Assembly (NCBI GenBank): GCA_048013815.1
Contig: CM106586.1
Span: 6,262,001-6,326,000 of the forward strand
Direction of reading: 5' to 3'
DNA from: Setoptus koraiensis
Lineage: Eukaryota > Animalia > Arthropoda
DNA length: 64,000 nt
The notes under the pieces are model-generated. The model was given only the letters and a program-made list of their open reading frames with translations. It was not told the DNA's origin and did no database searches. Shown here in pieces: positions 52,001 to 64,000 of the stretch (within the stretch, counting starts at the first letter, position 1; each line of letters starts with the position of its first letter). The translations under genes were made by a program, and so were the position numbers.

Positions 52001-55000
52001 CTGTTGGCAGGCGACAGACCGCTAATAAGTGACAGTTAGGTGTTTACAAAGTTGCCAATGTTATCGCCAGAGCCAGCGACAACAACAACACCGATGACTA
52101 GCTGCAACCAACTAACAATTGACACGAAAATTTCGTGACGGCAGACAGTGTTGGTTGGACAAACATAACACAAGTTACAAACAGTTGCGCTCACAAGTTA
52201 TGGTGAAGATAAGTTGCGAGTAACTGTAACTTGTGGCAATGGCGCGTATCTGGCGCGTCGTTTGTTTGTGTCGTTATGTAATTGATGATTAATTTTGAAT
52301 TTGCTTGGCGTGGCAACAGTGCGATGGTTGGTGTTGCTAGTGAGTCACAACAAACAACAAAATTGTATCATATTGAGGACGATAATGATCAAGTTTTCAA
52401 GTAGCAGCGTGGCCAAAAGAAGTGAAAGAAGCGACACGGGGGCGACAAGTGCAACAACGAAAAAGTGTGCGCCACGATAGTATTAAATTTATTTTGTTTG
52501 TCACAGTGTAAATAAACTGACTTGTGAGTGAGCGAGTCAGTTTATCTCAAGTGATAAGGCTCGTCAAATTGCCAATTGTGAGGCACACAAACATTTTGTC
52601 ATTTGTTGTCGCGACTCGCGAGCGTTGCCCGTTGGCCATGTTGTGACACGAGAAAAGATAGGAAGTTGCGACAAGTTTAGCTTGCCAGCAATATGAAGCC
52701 AGCAATAACGACGACGACGACGACGACGACGACAGCACGACGAGAGCGGACGAAACGGAGCGAGCTATTTGCATAGATTTTGCAGCTTGGCGTTGTTGTT
52801 TGCGTTTGTTTGTTTGTTTGTTCGTTTGTTCGTTTGTTCGTTTGTTTGTTTGCTTGCTCGCTTGCTTGCTTGTGAACCAGATCCGGCCCGATGCCAGCGA
52901 CTGTGCCGGCCAACAACTGGAGCAAAATGCGATAAATGATATAAGTTATCCAATGTAATATATTATATAACATATTGCATGCGTTGGGCGCAAAATAAAT
53001 GGAAATGGATTCTCAATTGCTCATAATGATCCAGTGATGGCTGCAAACAAAGTGCACACACTTGATACACGCTGTTGTCGTTGCTGGTGCAAACAAGATA
53101 TCGCTGCCATTATAATTACTTGTCGTTGTTTCTCGGTTAGGGCCCTCGGTTGGCACCGTCAGCATGACAGCCAGTCCGTCAGTCAGCCAGCCAGCCAGTC
53201 AGCCAGCCAGTCAGTCAGCCAGCCAGCCAGCGAGTGTGTTTGTGTGTGAGTAAATTGAGATTATAATTAATTAAAAATATATAATATCTGTGCCACAATT
53301 TGGCTGCTTCGTCGCCCCCATTGATTGTGATGAGCTCTTGTGTGTATGATGGATTACGCTTTGCCAGCTCTGATAAAACTGAGCACACACAACACAAAGT
53401 AATAAAAATGAAATGGAAATTGACGGCCAGCTAATCACTTTGCCCGCTTTTTTATCCCTCGCTATGCGGCTATTCGAGCGTCGTTGTCGGCGTTGTTGTT
53501 GTCGTTGTTGGCGCGTCACATACTCAAATGATATACTCAAAATGACAGCTTGCGACAAACAACATGCAGCTTTGCGCCTTAAAAGTCCATCAGACACCAA
53601 CATGTAGCCACATTATGTCACACTGCGGTCCATTATAGGCCGGCATTGTTTTGCACCGGTGGACCATTGTTTCGCGTTGCTTCATAATTGTGTTTTCATA
53701 ATTATTGTCCCACTAATTGCAATTAGCTGCTGCCGCTTAGCTGCCCGACTGCCGTGAACGCTGCTCCAGCGACAGCGACATCTGACGAAATGATTGCCAA
53801 TCGCAAGCCGAGGTGACACAAATCGCCGCCAGTAAATCACAAACCCATCCAACACACCATTGCGCAACAGCTACAATAACCAATAATGATAATTAATAGC
53901 GATAATCAATAACGATAATTAATAATGATAATAACAACCACACAATCTAACACTGTTCATCTAGGTCGATGGCGAAGACGAACTGAAGAAGCGCCAACTG
54001 ATGGAGTTGGCCATAATCAACGGAACGTATCGCGACGGCAATTGTAAGTGCCAGCAACCTTATGCAACCTAATGCAACCTCATGCATTATTATCATTATC
54101 ATGCATTATGCAACGTTTGTCATTGCTCTCTTGGCTCTTGTCAACTAATCAATTGTCTTTTGTTTGTTGCTGCTCACTCTCGCCGTTACAATTGACTCAC
54201 CGACTGAACTAATTGACTCACTCGAATGGAATAACCGAACCGAACCGAATTGAAATGAATTGAAATGAATTGAATTGAATCAACTAATTAACTCGTTTGG
54301 CCAATTAACTCGACCAGCTAATGAGACCGACATGGCCATGTCCAAGCTGCTTGCCGACGCGGTCGCCGGACAACAGCACGCGCTCGCGCCAAATCCGCTC
54401 ACTTCGCCCCTGGCGGCGGCCGTTGCGGCCTCGTCTAGGTCGCCGCATGCGGGCCAAACTAATTTGGGCGGACCCGCCTTGATATTGTCGCCGCGCCATC
54501 AACAGCATCTGCAGCAACAAAATTCCGCTGCTGCCGCGGCCGCCGCCAGTGCCGCTTATTTGGCCGCGGCGGTGACCAACGGGGCCGGTGCCGGCGGACC
54601 GCATCATCAGGCCGCTGCCTCGCATCACGTCCACGCGCAAGCTTATCATCATCAACAGGCGGCGCAAGCGGTAGCCGCTCAACACGCCCTATCGTTCAAT
54701 GCCGCCGCTTTAAATGCCGCCGTCCATCATCATCATCCGCACTTGCATCCGCACCCGCATCCGCACCCGCATCAGCACCCGCACTCGCATCACCACCATC
54801 AGCAACAATCGCAGCACGCCCAAGTGTCCGGACATCATCACTCGAACGGAGGCGTGCCGGTACCCGGTGCCTCAGGCGGGTCACAATTGATGAATGCTGC
54901 CGAGGCAAGTGCTGCCCTATTGTACACACATCAATATCATGATTTTCATCATTATTACGCAACATTGGCCGCCGCCCAGCAACCGCTCATGACAGCGGCC

Positions 55001-57325
55001 GATTATCATCAGAGTAGCGCGGCTGCGGTTGCAGCGGCCGCAGCCGCAGCGGCCTCGATGCAGGAGGCCGCCGCGGTGGCTGCTGCGGCTGCCACGGTGA
55101 CCGGAAGTGGCCAGCAACAACAAACAAGCGCACAACAGCAGCAGCAGCAACACAATTCAACCGCAAATCAACAGCAGCAACAACAACAGCAGCAGGCTAC
55201 ATCGGGTGCGTTATTCAGTTGATAGATCTTAATTATCTCTAACTAATTAATTAACTTTTCTGTGTATGTGTGTGCGTCGGGTGGCATGTCTCGCGCAATT
55301 GTGTGTGTCAATTGTGCGAGCATGCAATCGACGCGTAACAATCAAGTGATAATAGTGATTTTTATTTGAGAGACTTGTTGTGTCGATAGATAGATTGCTA
55401 AATCAATAGATAGATTAGACAATTGTTGATTGTTGTCGCAGCAATCTTACTTTTTAAATCACTGCCATAAGAAGGATACAAACAAAGCAACGACTATTAT
55501 TATGCAACATGAAATTATTTTATTATTATTATTTATTATTATGCACTAAAGCGCCACATATTACATGTACCTGTGTATGTATAGACAGTGCGCCCCCTAC
55601 TGTGATAGCCTTACTTTTAATTGATATTGCTATTGTTTACAATGTCAGATATTGTTGGTGACCACAATTAGCAACAGGTAACTAATGTGGTCGCTTGCGC
55701 CTAAAACAAACAACCATTCAGTGACAAAACAAAAGTCAATGTGATGAGTAGGTCAAAACAATTATTATCTTGTGCCAAAGGAATGGATGGTTCATTACGA
55801 GCAAATACGCAACGCAATATATATCTATACAATATTTATCATATAAACAGCGACATAATGCGACAACATTGATTAATAATCAACATTACTCACCAGTATA
55901 TTTATGTGCAAATAGCTGGATAAAAAAAGTTGTCAATTAGTTTTTGTTGAATTGATTGACAATTGCATCTATTGGATAGCACACAAATCATGCCAAAAAT
56001 CAAAGAAGCCCATTGAAGATAGATTCACGATTGGTTATTGAATATCTTGTATCATTTGGACCAGAGAGGCTCGACGTTGATTACGCGTGTCATTAGGACA
56101 CAGCCAATCAATGATTCAAGCTAGCTAGCGATTTTATTTATTCACAAAAGAAGGACGAAAATACTATTATTTATATTCTCTCACGCAAGCGAAGACTGAG
56201 AAACAGCAACAGATCAATTAGATAATCATGACACGTATTCACATTAAATGATGCTACTACTTAAAGACAAATATATAAACATTATCTAGATGGAACAACA
56301 CATCTGAAACAATTTTCAATAATTGTCTCTTTTCAGTATCGATTCATTTCCACACTTGATTACACACAAATTACACTTTAGGCACACACACACACTTCAT
56401 TCACACAATCTTCATACTATTATATAATTAATTAAGCCCACTTAATTACACATTGACCCTCACTAAAAACAAACACTAAATTAATCACTAACTAATTCAC
56501 TCTATTCTGTTCTTTATGTTGCACATTCCGTTATTATATCCAATTTGTCGTCATGAAACACAAATACTACAACCTACAAACACACTCGAATTAATTGAGT
56601 GAATTGTCCCTTTTACTACCACCATTCATCTAATCAATCTCCATAACTGTGACACTATTTGATAACAACCAAACCAAACCAAACCAAACCAAACCAAATC
56701 AACCGATCAATTGATTACAACCACTGATATCACTGATATATAATAACAATCCACTAACTAATATTGTCACTTGGAACAAAAACATTGTCGACCTATCTTA
56801 ACATTGTTGGACATTTCGCAAACACGCATATCACAAATGAAACTTGAATCAATTTTGAACCCGTCACGTATATGAACGCCTCTGTGTGTAATTTGCACAA
56901 TAACTCAACACAAACAAACAATCAAACCTAATTAATCAATGATAATAGCTCTTAAAGGTGGCCAAGCTAGCCAATCACTATCTCAGATTGCACAATTGGC
57001 AGCAGTTGCGGCGGCAGCAGCGGCTGTTGCGCAACAAACTAACGGTCAAACTTCGGCCAAACAAAACAACAACAGCAACAATCAAACTAAACGCTCAATA
57101 TTGTCAACTAATACTAACAATAACGCTACTATTAAACATCATCAACAAATCAATGGAAGGATTTGCAGCAACAACAACAACACTAATATGAAAACTATAC
57201 GCGATCACCCCTATCGAAGGCCAACAAACATAACTAATCAACAGCAACAACAACAACAACAGACACTCTCTAGTCTAATTTCGGGGGACTCAGTTCTCAT
57301 GAATCCGTCACATCACCTACCTTGA
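49001..57325 (+). CDS. how: Held out wings/Quaking STAR RNA-binding protein; exons 49001-50552, 50706-51103, 53965-54043, 54318-55205, 56949(or 56958)-57325 (~1097 aa); short form reads through to stop at 55222 (~977 aa)
   Basis: QUA1 [39 protein letters not shown] domain ([41 protein letters not shown]...DLHVLI), QUA2 [24 protein letters not shown]-terminal RDHPYRR. All splice phases checked and compatible. Confidence 0.93.
51563..51660. repeat. 14-bp perfect minisatellite (caccagagtctagt) x7 in how intron 2
   Basis: Seven identical units, no spacers. Confidence 0.95.
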
Positions 57326-58442
57326 CAGTGGCTCTCTCTGTCGCTCTAATGTTGTGTTGCTCTTGTTGTTAATCAATTATCCCAATAATAATAATAATAA
57401 TAATAATAATCACAGTTACAAGTACAATTAATCATACAATAACAAACGCAGTTAGACTATTCAATAACTCGACTTCTCATTGGACTGTCTCTTTTAACAG
57501 ACAGTTTAACATCAATGACTCATGACCCACAGTCCCCTAACAGCAACTTGAAAACTCTTTCATTCTGTTTGATTATGTTAACATTTTGGTTTGTCTATAT
57601 GTGTGTCAGTGTTCACATAGTTTGAATTGTATAACAATTGTAAGGCGAGGTCTCACTCGAACTTGCCAAACAACTATTAATTCTGTGATCGGTAGATGTC
57701 GCTCCGATCCATGCTACCTGAGCGAATCAGTTCAAGTGCCACTCAACTTCCGTTACGACCCTTTCGAATACCATATAGTCAGGCACAGATGGCATAACTT
57801 TCGCGCTCGCAAATTAGTTGTTATCTGTTGCGAACAAGCACTATTCTCTGGCCTCTTTCTGCCATTTGTTTTGCCTAGCTAATTGCGCGATTGCTTGAAT
57901 TTGTCATGTTGTCTTGACATATCGCGCAAACACGAATTTCGCAACGTTCTCCGGGTTGTTCGTTCGGATAAAAAAGGCAATTCACGATGCACCCATTCAA
58001 TGCCGTGAAGCGACTTCTTTTTGCTTGTGACGGGCCCACGGCTTGGGCGCCCCTAGAATAACCTGCGCACGTGCTCTTGTCTTGCCGAGATCGTTCACGA
58101 ATAATCTGACATAATAATTCTGACATGAATAATCGATAACGGTGCAGAGAAATAGAGATAAAGATGCAACGAACCACAATTGAACACAACGGCAGACTAT
58201 TTATTTATTACGAAATTCATCACAACGCAGCGCAACCATCACAACCCCGTTTGTGTATGGTGTGTATAACGTATTCTCGTATTTTATCTTTTTTAATTGT
58301 TGACCAATAAACAAAGCACCAATTAATACAAATATAAGTAGGCGACAATTGAGTAGATCAATTATGGTAATGGTTACTGTTGTTGTCTAACATTGTGCTT
58401 GCTGATTGGTTGTTACGTAACGCTGTCGTATGTCGTGTTATA

Positions 58443-59879
58443 TCAACAAGTCAACTGACAAGCTCCGGCCCAGGCGGCCTTGCGTTGCTCGTGGCTGGCT
58501 TGAACATTGCGCTGCCAAATTGATGAGCATTTTCCATTGCATATAGGACAGGGTCTCTTCATACTGTAACCGCCACACTCTTGACAATCTAACGACAGGT
58601 GCTCGTATTGCCAATTGCATCCGCATAACGAACAACTATTTCTCATTATTTTCAATTCTTCTAATGTTAGCGGTTGTGAAAGTTTATAATTAGAGGTTGT
58701 TCCAACGCCATTCATCAGGTGACTCTGTAAATGGAGCCACGCTAAAGAGGGCGAGTTAATTGTGCAATTATGGCTAGATTTGTTGCTATTGTTTAATTTG
58801 AATGAGCTGCTGCCGCTGCCATTGGGATGCCTATCAGTGGAATGTGGATGTATCATTGGAGGTGGCGACTGCTGACGACAAGCGGCCAATATTGATGGCA
58901 ATGGCCTATGACGTTTGCCACTGCTACTGCTGCTGCTACTACTACTACAACTGCAACAACTACTACTACTACTATCAGATAATTGTTGTTGTTGTTGTTG
59001 TGTTTGATTTCTATCGTTGTTGCTAGTTGCGTCACTATCGTTGCTGGCACCATTGTAATTGTTGTCGTTAATGGCGTTATTATTGTTTCTGTTGCTGTTG
59101 TCATAGGAGCAGTTATGATAATTATAGTCATTGTCATGAGATTCGCCACTAGTTAGATTATCGTGTGAACGTGAATATAATTTGCTGTGGACATCGAAAT
59201 TGATATTACTTGTTTCAATATTATTAAATAAGCTACCCTGCTGCTGATGGCCGCTTAATGTAAACACGTCGTCGTCATCATCATCATCGTCATCGTCGTC
59301 ATATTGTTCGGAATGGTCATCGTAATCAGTGAATCTTTGCGTGCTCACCGGTGCACTATTATCGCTTGTGGCTGCCGCTGTTGTTGTTGTTGTTGGCATG
59401 TTTGTTGAGGCCGAAAAGAGATCGCTATCTTGGTAAAAGTCGCTTGCTGTTGTTGCTGGGTCCAAGGTGAGCTGCTCCAATGCCTTCATGGGCCACTCAA
59501 TAGACGGATAGTAGCGACGTTTAAACGGATGTCTGTGCGCGTGCATTTTGATTATGTCATCTTGGCCATATTGTGCGTCATCGTACAGAATGAATGGCGC
59601 ACAACAATTGTCCACGGTGTGCGAATGATGAATAGCCGGGCCCATTCCATTAATATCTATAATGTCGCTAATTGGCGTTGTGTCATCATCGTCTGGCATG
59701 TGCCGATGATGCATCTGATCTGTTGTTGTTGTTGTTGTTGTTGTGCAGCCCAACAATCTGTTGTTGTGATTGTGCGAGGCTGCGGGCAAACTTCTGCTGT
59801 AGCAAGGCGACACTGGCGACGCCGACCTAGACGAGCACACCGACGAGCCCGCGGACATTATGGTGAAGATGGCCTTCAT
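58443..59879 (-). CDS. Pino: Pinocchio-like protein, single exon, up to 478 aa
   Basis: C-terminal LTLEELKIMRNSCSLCGCNWQYEHLSLDCQECGGYSMKRPCPICNGKCSSIWQRN...SHEQRKAAWAGAC matches the pinocchio (smi21F) Cys-rich domain as I recall it. The rest is low-complexity; the start could also be ATG 59858. Confidence 0.82.
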   Translation of the reverse strand: MKAIFTIMSAGSSVCSSRSASPVSPCYSRSLPAASHNHNNRLLGCTTTTTTTTDQMHHRHMPDDDDTTPISDIIDINGMGPAIHHSHTVDNCCAPFILYDDAQYGQDDIIKMHAHRHPFKRRYYPSIEWPMKALEQLTLDPATTASDFYQDSDLFSASTNMPTTTTTAAATSDNSAPVSTQRFTDYDDHSEQYDDDDDDDDDDDVFTLSGHQQQGSLFNNIETSNINFDVHSKLYSRSHDNLTSGESHDNDYNYHNCSYDNSNRNNNNAINDNNYNGASNDSDATSNNDRNQTQQQQQQLSDSSSSSCCSCSSSSSSSSSGKRHRPLPSILAACRQQSPPPMIHPHSTDRHPNGSGSSSFKLNNSNKSSHNCTINSPSLAWLHLQSHLMNGVGTTSNYKLSQPLTLEELKIMRNSCSLCGCNWQYEHLSLDCQECGGYSMKRPCPICNGKCSSIWQRNVQASHEQRKAAWAGACQLTC

Positions 59880-62800
59880 TTTTCGCTCATTCCCTCTTGT
59901 CGCTCGCTGCTGTCTGTTGTTTGTTGCTGTTGGGCTGGTTTGGTTGTTGTCGCTTGCTGCTGCTGCTGTTGTTGTTGACGTTTGCGTTCAGGCGATGCGT
60001 TCGAATGATGATTTTGTGAGGAGATTTGGGCGATTGATCGACGGTTGATCGAATGGGCGCAACGTGGTCACAACGGGCGATTGTTGCAATTGTTCAATTT
60101 GTACGATTGTTGTATGATGATGATGCATCCATTCATGATTGTTGTTGGCGGTGTCGCAGCGTGTGTGTGTGTGTGTGTGGTTGGCAATGAGCAATAAAAG
60201 GGGAGAGACGAGATTATGTCGAGATAATTATTATCAGCAGTACACAGATATCCAGTGTAACAGGCACATGTACAGTGGGGCGACCTTTGCGCCGTGAACG
60301 ACGCCGGCTAATTAATTAATTAATTGACTCGGATTACGCTTGGCAATGGTTGGTGTGAAATGGCAACTACTGCTGATACAATTGATATACTTTTGATAAT
60401 AATGATAATAATAATAATAATGGCGATAATGACGACGACAAGTGATGCAAATAAAACCAACAGATAACCCTATCATCATAACTGAATGACAACACACACA
60501 AATAACTGTGCGCACGCTGCACTCTACCGGCCGCGCATAATAATAAATAATTAATGCTCACAACTTTTTGTCTGCAATGTGAACTATAGCTGCTGCTGCT
60601 GCTGCCCGTTGCTGTGTTCACATCGTGTTACAAACACGATCATCGTGTGTGCTGTTTGAAAAATGGCGCTGGCGCGCGCACAAATTTCCTTTTGTGTTCA
60701 CCCCGGCCAGCAGTAAAACTGTTGGCGCCCAGCGCACAAATTGAGCAAATATCAACATGCATCACGCACGCCACTACACTGTGGTTGTGTGCACTAATTT
60801 GCGCCAATTAGTGCGCCTCCAGTGGGGCGTCATGTGCGACGGAGTGCGCGCACATTCGCTCAATTCGCATTGTAACTCACAATTTGTGAGTGAATGGGCG
60901 ACTTGGCATGCATCTGATTTACATGTGTGAGATTAGTGGTTGAACGCGTGCCGAACGCATGCGCCGCCTATGTCTTGTGCGCACAACTGTTTTGCACTGG
61001 CTGCACAGTTTTGGCTTTGAGTTGCCAATGGCAACACGCTGCACAAGCAGGCGATAGTCAGTGCAATAATAGAGAACATAATATAATGGAACATAATAGA
61101 ATACAATATCAATAGTATGCAAATCACTATCACTCTTGATAGTTGTTAGATAATCATGAATGGTTATATAAGACAGCATTAGTGTATCAGTAGCAGTGAT
61201 ATTGAGTAGTGCATAAACAGGCAAAAGACTCACTTAAAAAAAGGACGACAGGACAGTGATCACGCGCCGACATGCTGCGCGCTGGTGTAAATATCGTAAA
61301 GGGCGCACTTGAATTTTAGCACGAATCAACAAGCGCATTTGTTGAGACAAACGACTTGTTAGATGAGATCGACTTTGCCGAGCCAACTATTCATATCGCC
61401 TTTAGCCTTTAGCCATTAGCTACTGCTAGTTGTTTTAATGCGCACACCTCAGCTCGGCTCGGCTCACTTGCCATGTCCATGCAAACAGCCAAAGCCACAG
61501 GTTACTTGGTGCGGCAACAGTTGTTGTTGGGAGCAGCATTGATTGATTGATTAATTAATTTATTCATCTATCGATCTATTGAGAGATATAACGATCGAGT
61601 GAGATTGTGTACAGTGGTGCGCCATTAAATTGTTGCGCTAACTCACAAAATCATTCAACGCAACACACGCACCATTAGTGATAGCGTTGTGTGTGCCTTT
61701 ACAATTGTTAGTTTTCAACAAATTTATCCTATTTTATCACTAACGCCAATCCGATCCTTTAATTCCTCATGATCTAATCACTATCCTCCTACAATACAGT
61801 ACATTAATGTACAATACTCTACAATCTGCACTGTACATACTCTCTGCAGTCCCATGACTACAAACTGAGCCACTCATTTACCACCACCTTAATGTGAAAC
61901 CCTTCCTCTTGGGGGCGCCCAAATCGCTCGTGCGATATTGTTGCGGCAACATCATGAGCGACCTCTAGCTCTATGCTATTGCTACGCACGATAGCAAGCA
62001 GGGCACAAACAGTGAGAGTTGTGCATCGCTCGCTCTAACCAATGCATGTCGCACCTGCGCAAATCTGTGTGTCTAACCGTGATTAGCTTGCCGCTATGAG
62101 GCACATAATTGATTGAATAGGCACAGGACGTAAAATGCTCAGGCGCACAGCAGAGTGTTCGTAGTGTCAAACTGACACTACTGACACTTGTCACTGTCAA
62201 ACCGACAGTATCAACAGTTTCACGACTTGTCCTGTTTTTCCGCTGCCCGATTCTATATACTGCCAATGAAATAACACACCGATTTAAATAACATGATAAT
62301 TGTGCGACATCAAACACATATTATTGCACAATTGTTACAACAATTACCGATTATGTAATTGCGCAACGGTCACATAATAACTATTGTGTCGATTCATGTC
62401 GACTGTTCATTCATGGTTGCTATTCATAACTTGTGCTGATGATTAATCGGTTCTGTCTGCTAGTGATTTGGCTAACAATATGTGCAATGCGCAAACAATT
62501 GGTTGTTCATCATAAATTATCTGTATGATCTGATTGATTAGCACAAGAGAAAAGAAATGATCGAATCATCAAATCGAGGCAATAAGCATTTCAATTTTAG
62601 AGTTAATTCAGACATAATAGTCTAGATATTGAGACGGAATGAGATGATGCATAAAGCACCCAATAAAGGCACTCATGAGTCACAATAGTGATAGTAGATG
62701 AAATCACGTGATAAGCGCTGGTTGTCACCAGCCGGCAAGTATACCGGCGACACTTGTGGCAGCCTAGTACTTGAGTACCTGATCTATCAAGTGTGTTGCA

Positions 62801-64000
62801 TAGTGAATGCCAGACTGTCTGCACCGTCTTACAAAATTGTTAAACAAATTTTTTTTTTATTATTTTATCAATTGACAGATAGTTATAATCAGCTGATGTT
62901 GTTGTTGAACATTGTGAATGTGGCTCGATAATTTTCTAGAATAATAGCAGTAATAAAGGAGCCTATCAATGAGCGAGCACTCATTATTACCTTTTGCTCT
63001 TTACAACTTGTGGCAATCATGGCAGCATTGTTGTTTAGTCGGCTATTTGTATCGTGTTTTTGTGGTTGCCGCGGTTGAAGAAAGAGACGCGAGGGGCGCT
63101 CGCATCAGGTTGAGAATGCACCGCAGAGCTTGAGGTGTCTCGATAGATGTTACCTTTCTTTTTCTTTTTTTCTTGTTACTCTGTTTTGGTGGCGCTCGTC
63201 GCTAGTAAATCACACAGCATGCACGTACAAGAAGCGACCTCGAACGGCTTTTAATACAACTGAGTGCAGCCACAGCAGTATTGGCACTGTGGTGGCACCC
63301 GATACAAGTATGCAGTCAGTATCTGCATGGGAGTCTATCAATTAGTTGATCATTGGCCATGATGATTGCACATGTTGTAAGATAATTCAACAAGTGCTCT
63401 TGCCGAGATTGATTGCACTGATGGTGCTACCGACTGAGACTGTCACTGTGAGTGGCGGTGGTATTTTCGAGTGATTTTAAGTGTAATATAGTGGCTACCG
63501 CCCAACTAAAACTGAAGCCACCAAAATCACTCGTTCGCTCGGTGGATCCGACTGCAGAATCGCTGCAGAATCGACACACGGTGCGGATAAATCGAGAGAT
63601 TGATTTTCACCGGGCTTGCGATTTGTGCGGCCGCCCATATACTCAACTGTCTATAATTTAGAGTCTATATACAATGTCTAGCGTGAGGCTTGCAACGGCA
63701 GCAACAAAGTGGATATAGACTGAGTGGCGCCCGAAACAAAGCCAGCTCGTCGCAGTCCAACGAGATTCAGTGATATCCAACGGTTGGATATCGCTGAATG
63801 AGAGATCACATGCGAGCAGAATGTACATGAGAGTATACATGAGAATATACATGAGAATTATACACGAGAGAGGCAGTTGAGACGAGCAGCTCAAATGAAA
63901 TTCATACGACACGAACGAGCGCAATTGATAAATGCCAATGATGATGATTTATTCACAAGTTTGTGTGCGTTTCTTATTGGTTGGATTGACTAACTGACTG

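Overview
Eukaryotic nuclear DNA with GT-AG introns and one tRNA gene. It is clearly arthropod; very few, short (~100-150 bp) introns in conserved genes suggest a streamlined genome such as an eriophyoid or other acariform mite (inference only). Two compartments alternate. Compact, repeat-poor blocks lie at ~1-10.7 kb (gustatory-receptor-like gene, DDX18/pitchoune, G3BP/rasputin, tRNA-Thr(CGT), eIF3d) and ~29.4-34.1 kb (ASAP-type ArfGAP, an unknown S/T-rich ORF). Long tracts saturated with microsatellites and minisatellites surround a CBM14 chitin-binding protein, one or two unidentified secreted-protein genes, held out wings/quaking and pinocchio. The most striking unexplained feature is a ~370-380 bp element present twice, directly upstream of the start codons of two unrelated neighbours, G3BP (6594-6963) and eIF3d (9715-10093). 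The two copies share a 30-nt invariant core, a hairpin with a compensatory base-pair change, a conserved AUG-GAA mini-uORF and an otherwise AUG-free, G-poor leader. how appears to keep both short (..GALFS) and long (HPY) C-terminal options. No transposase, CRISPR array or rRNA was seen. All alignments and counts were done by eye.
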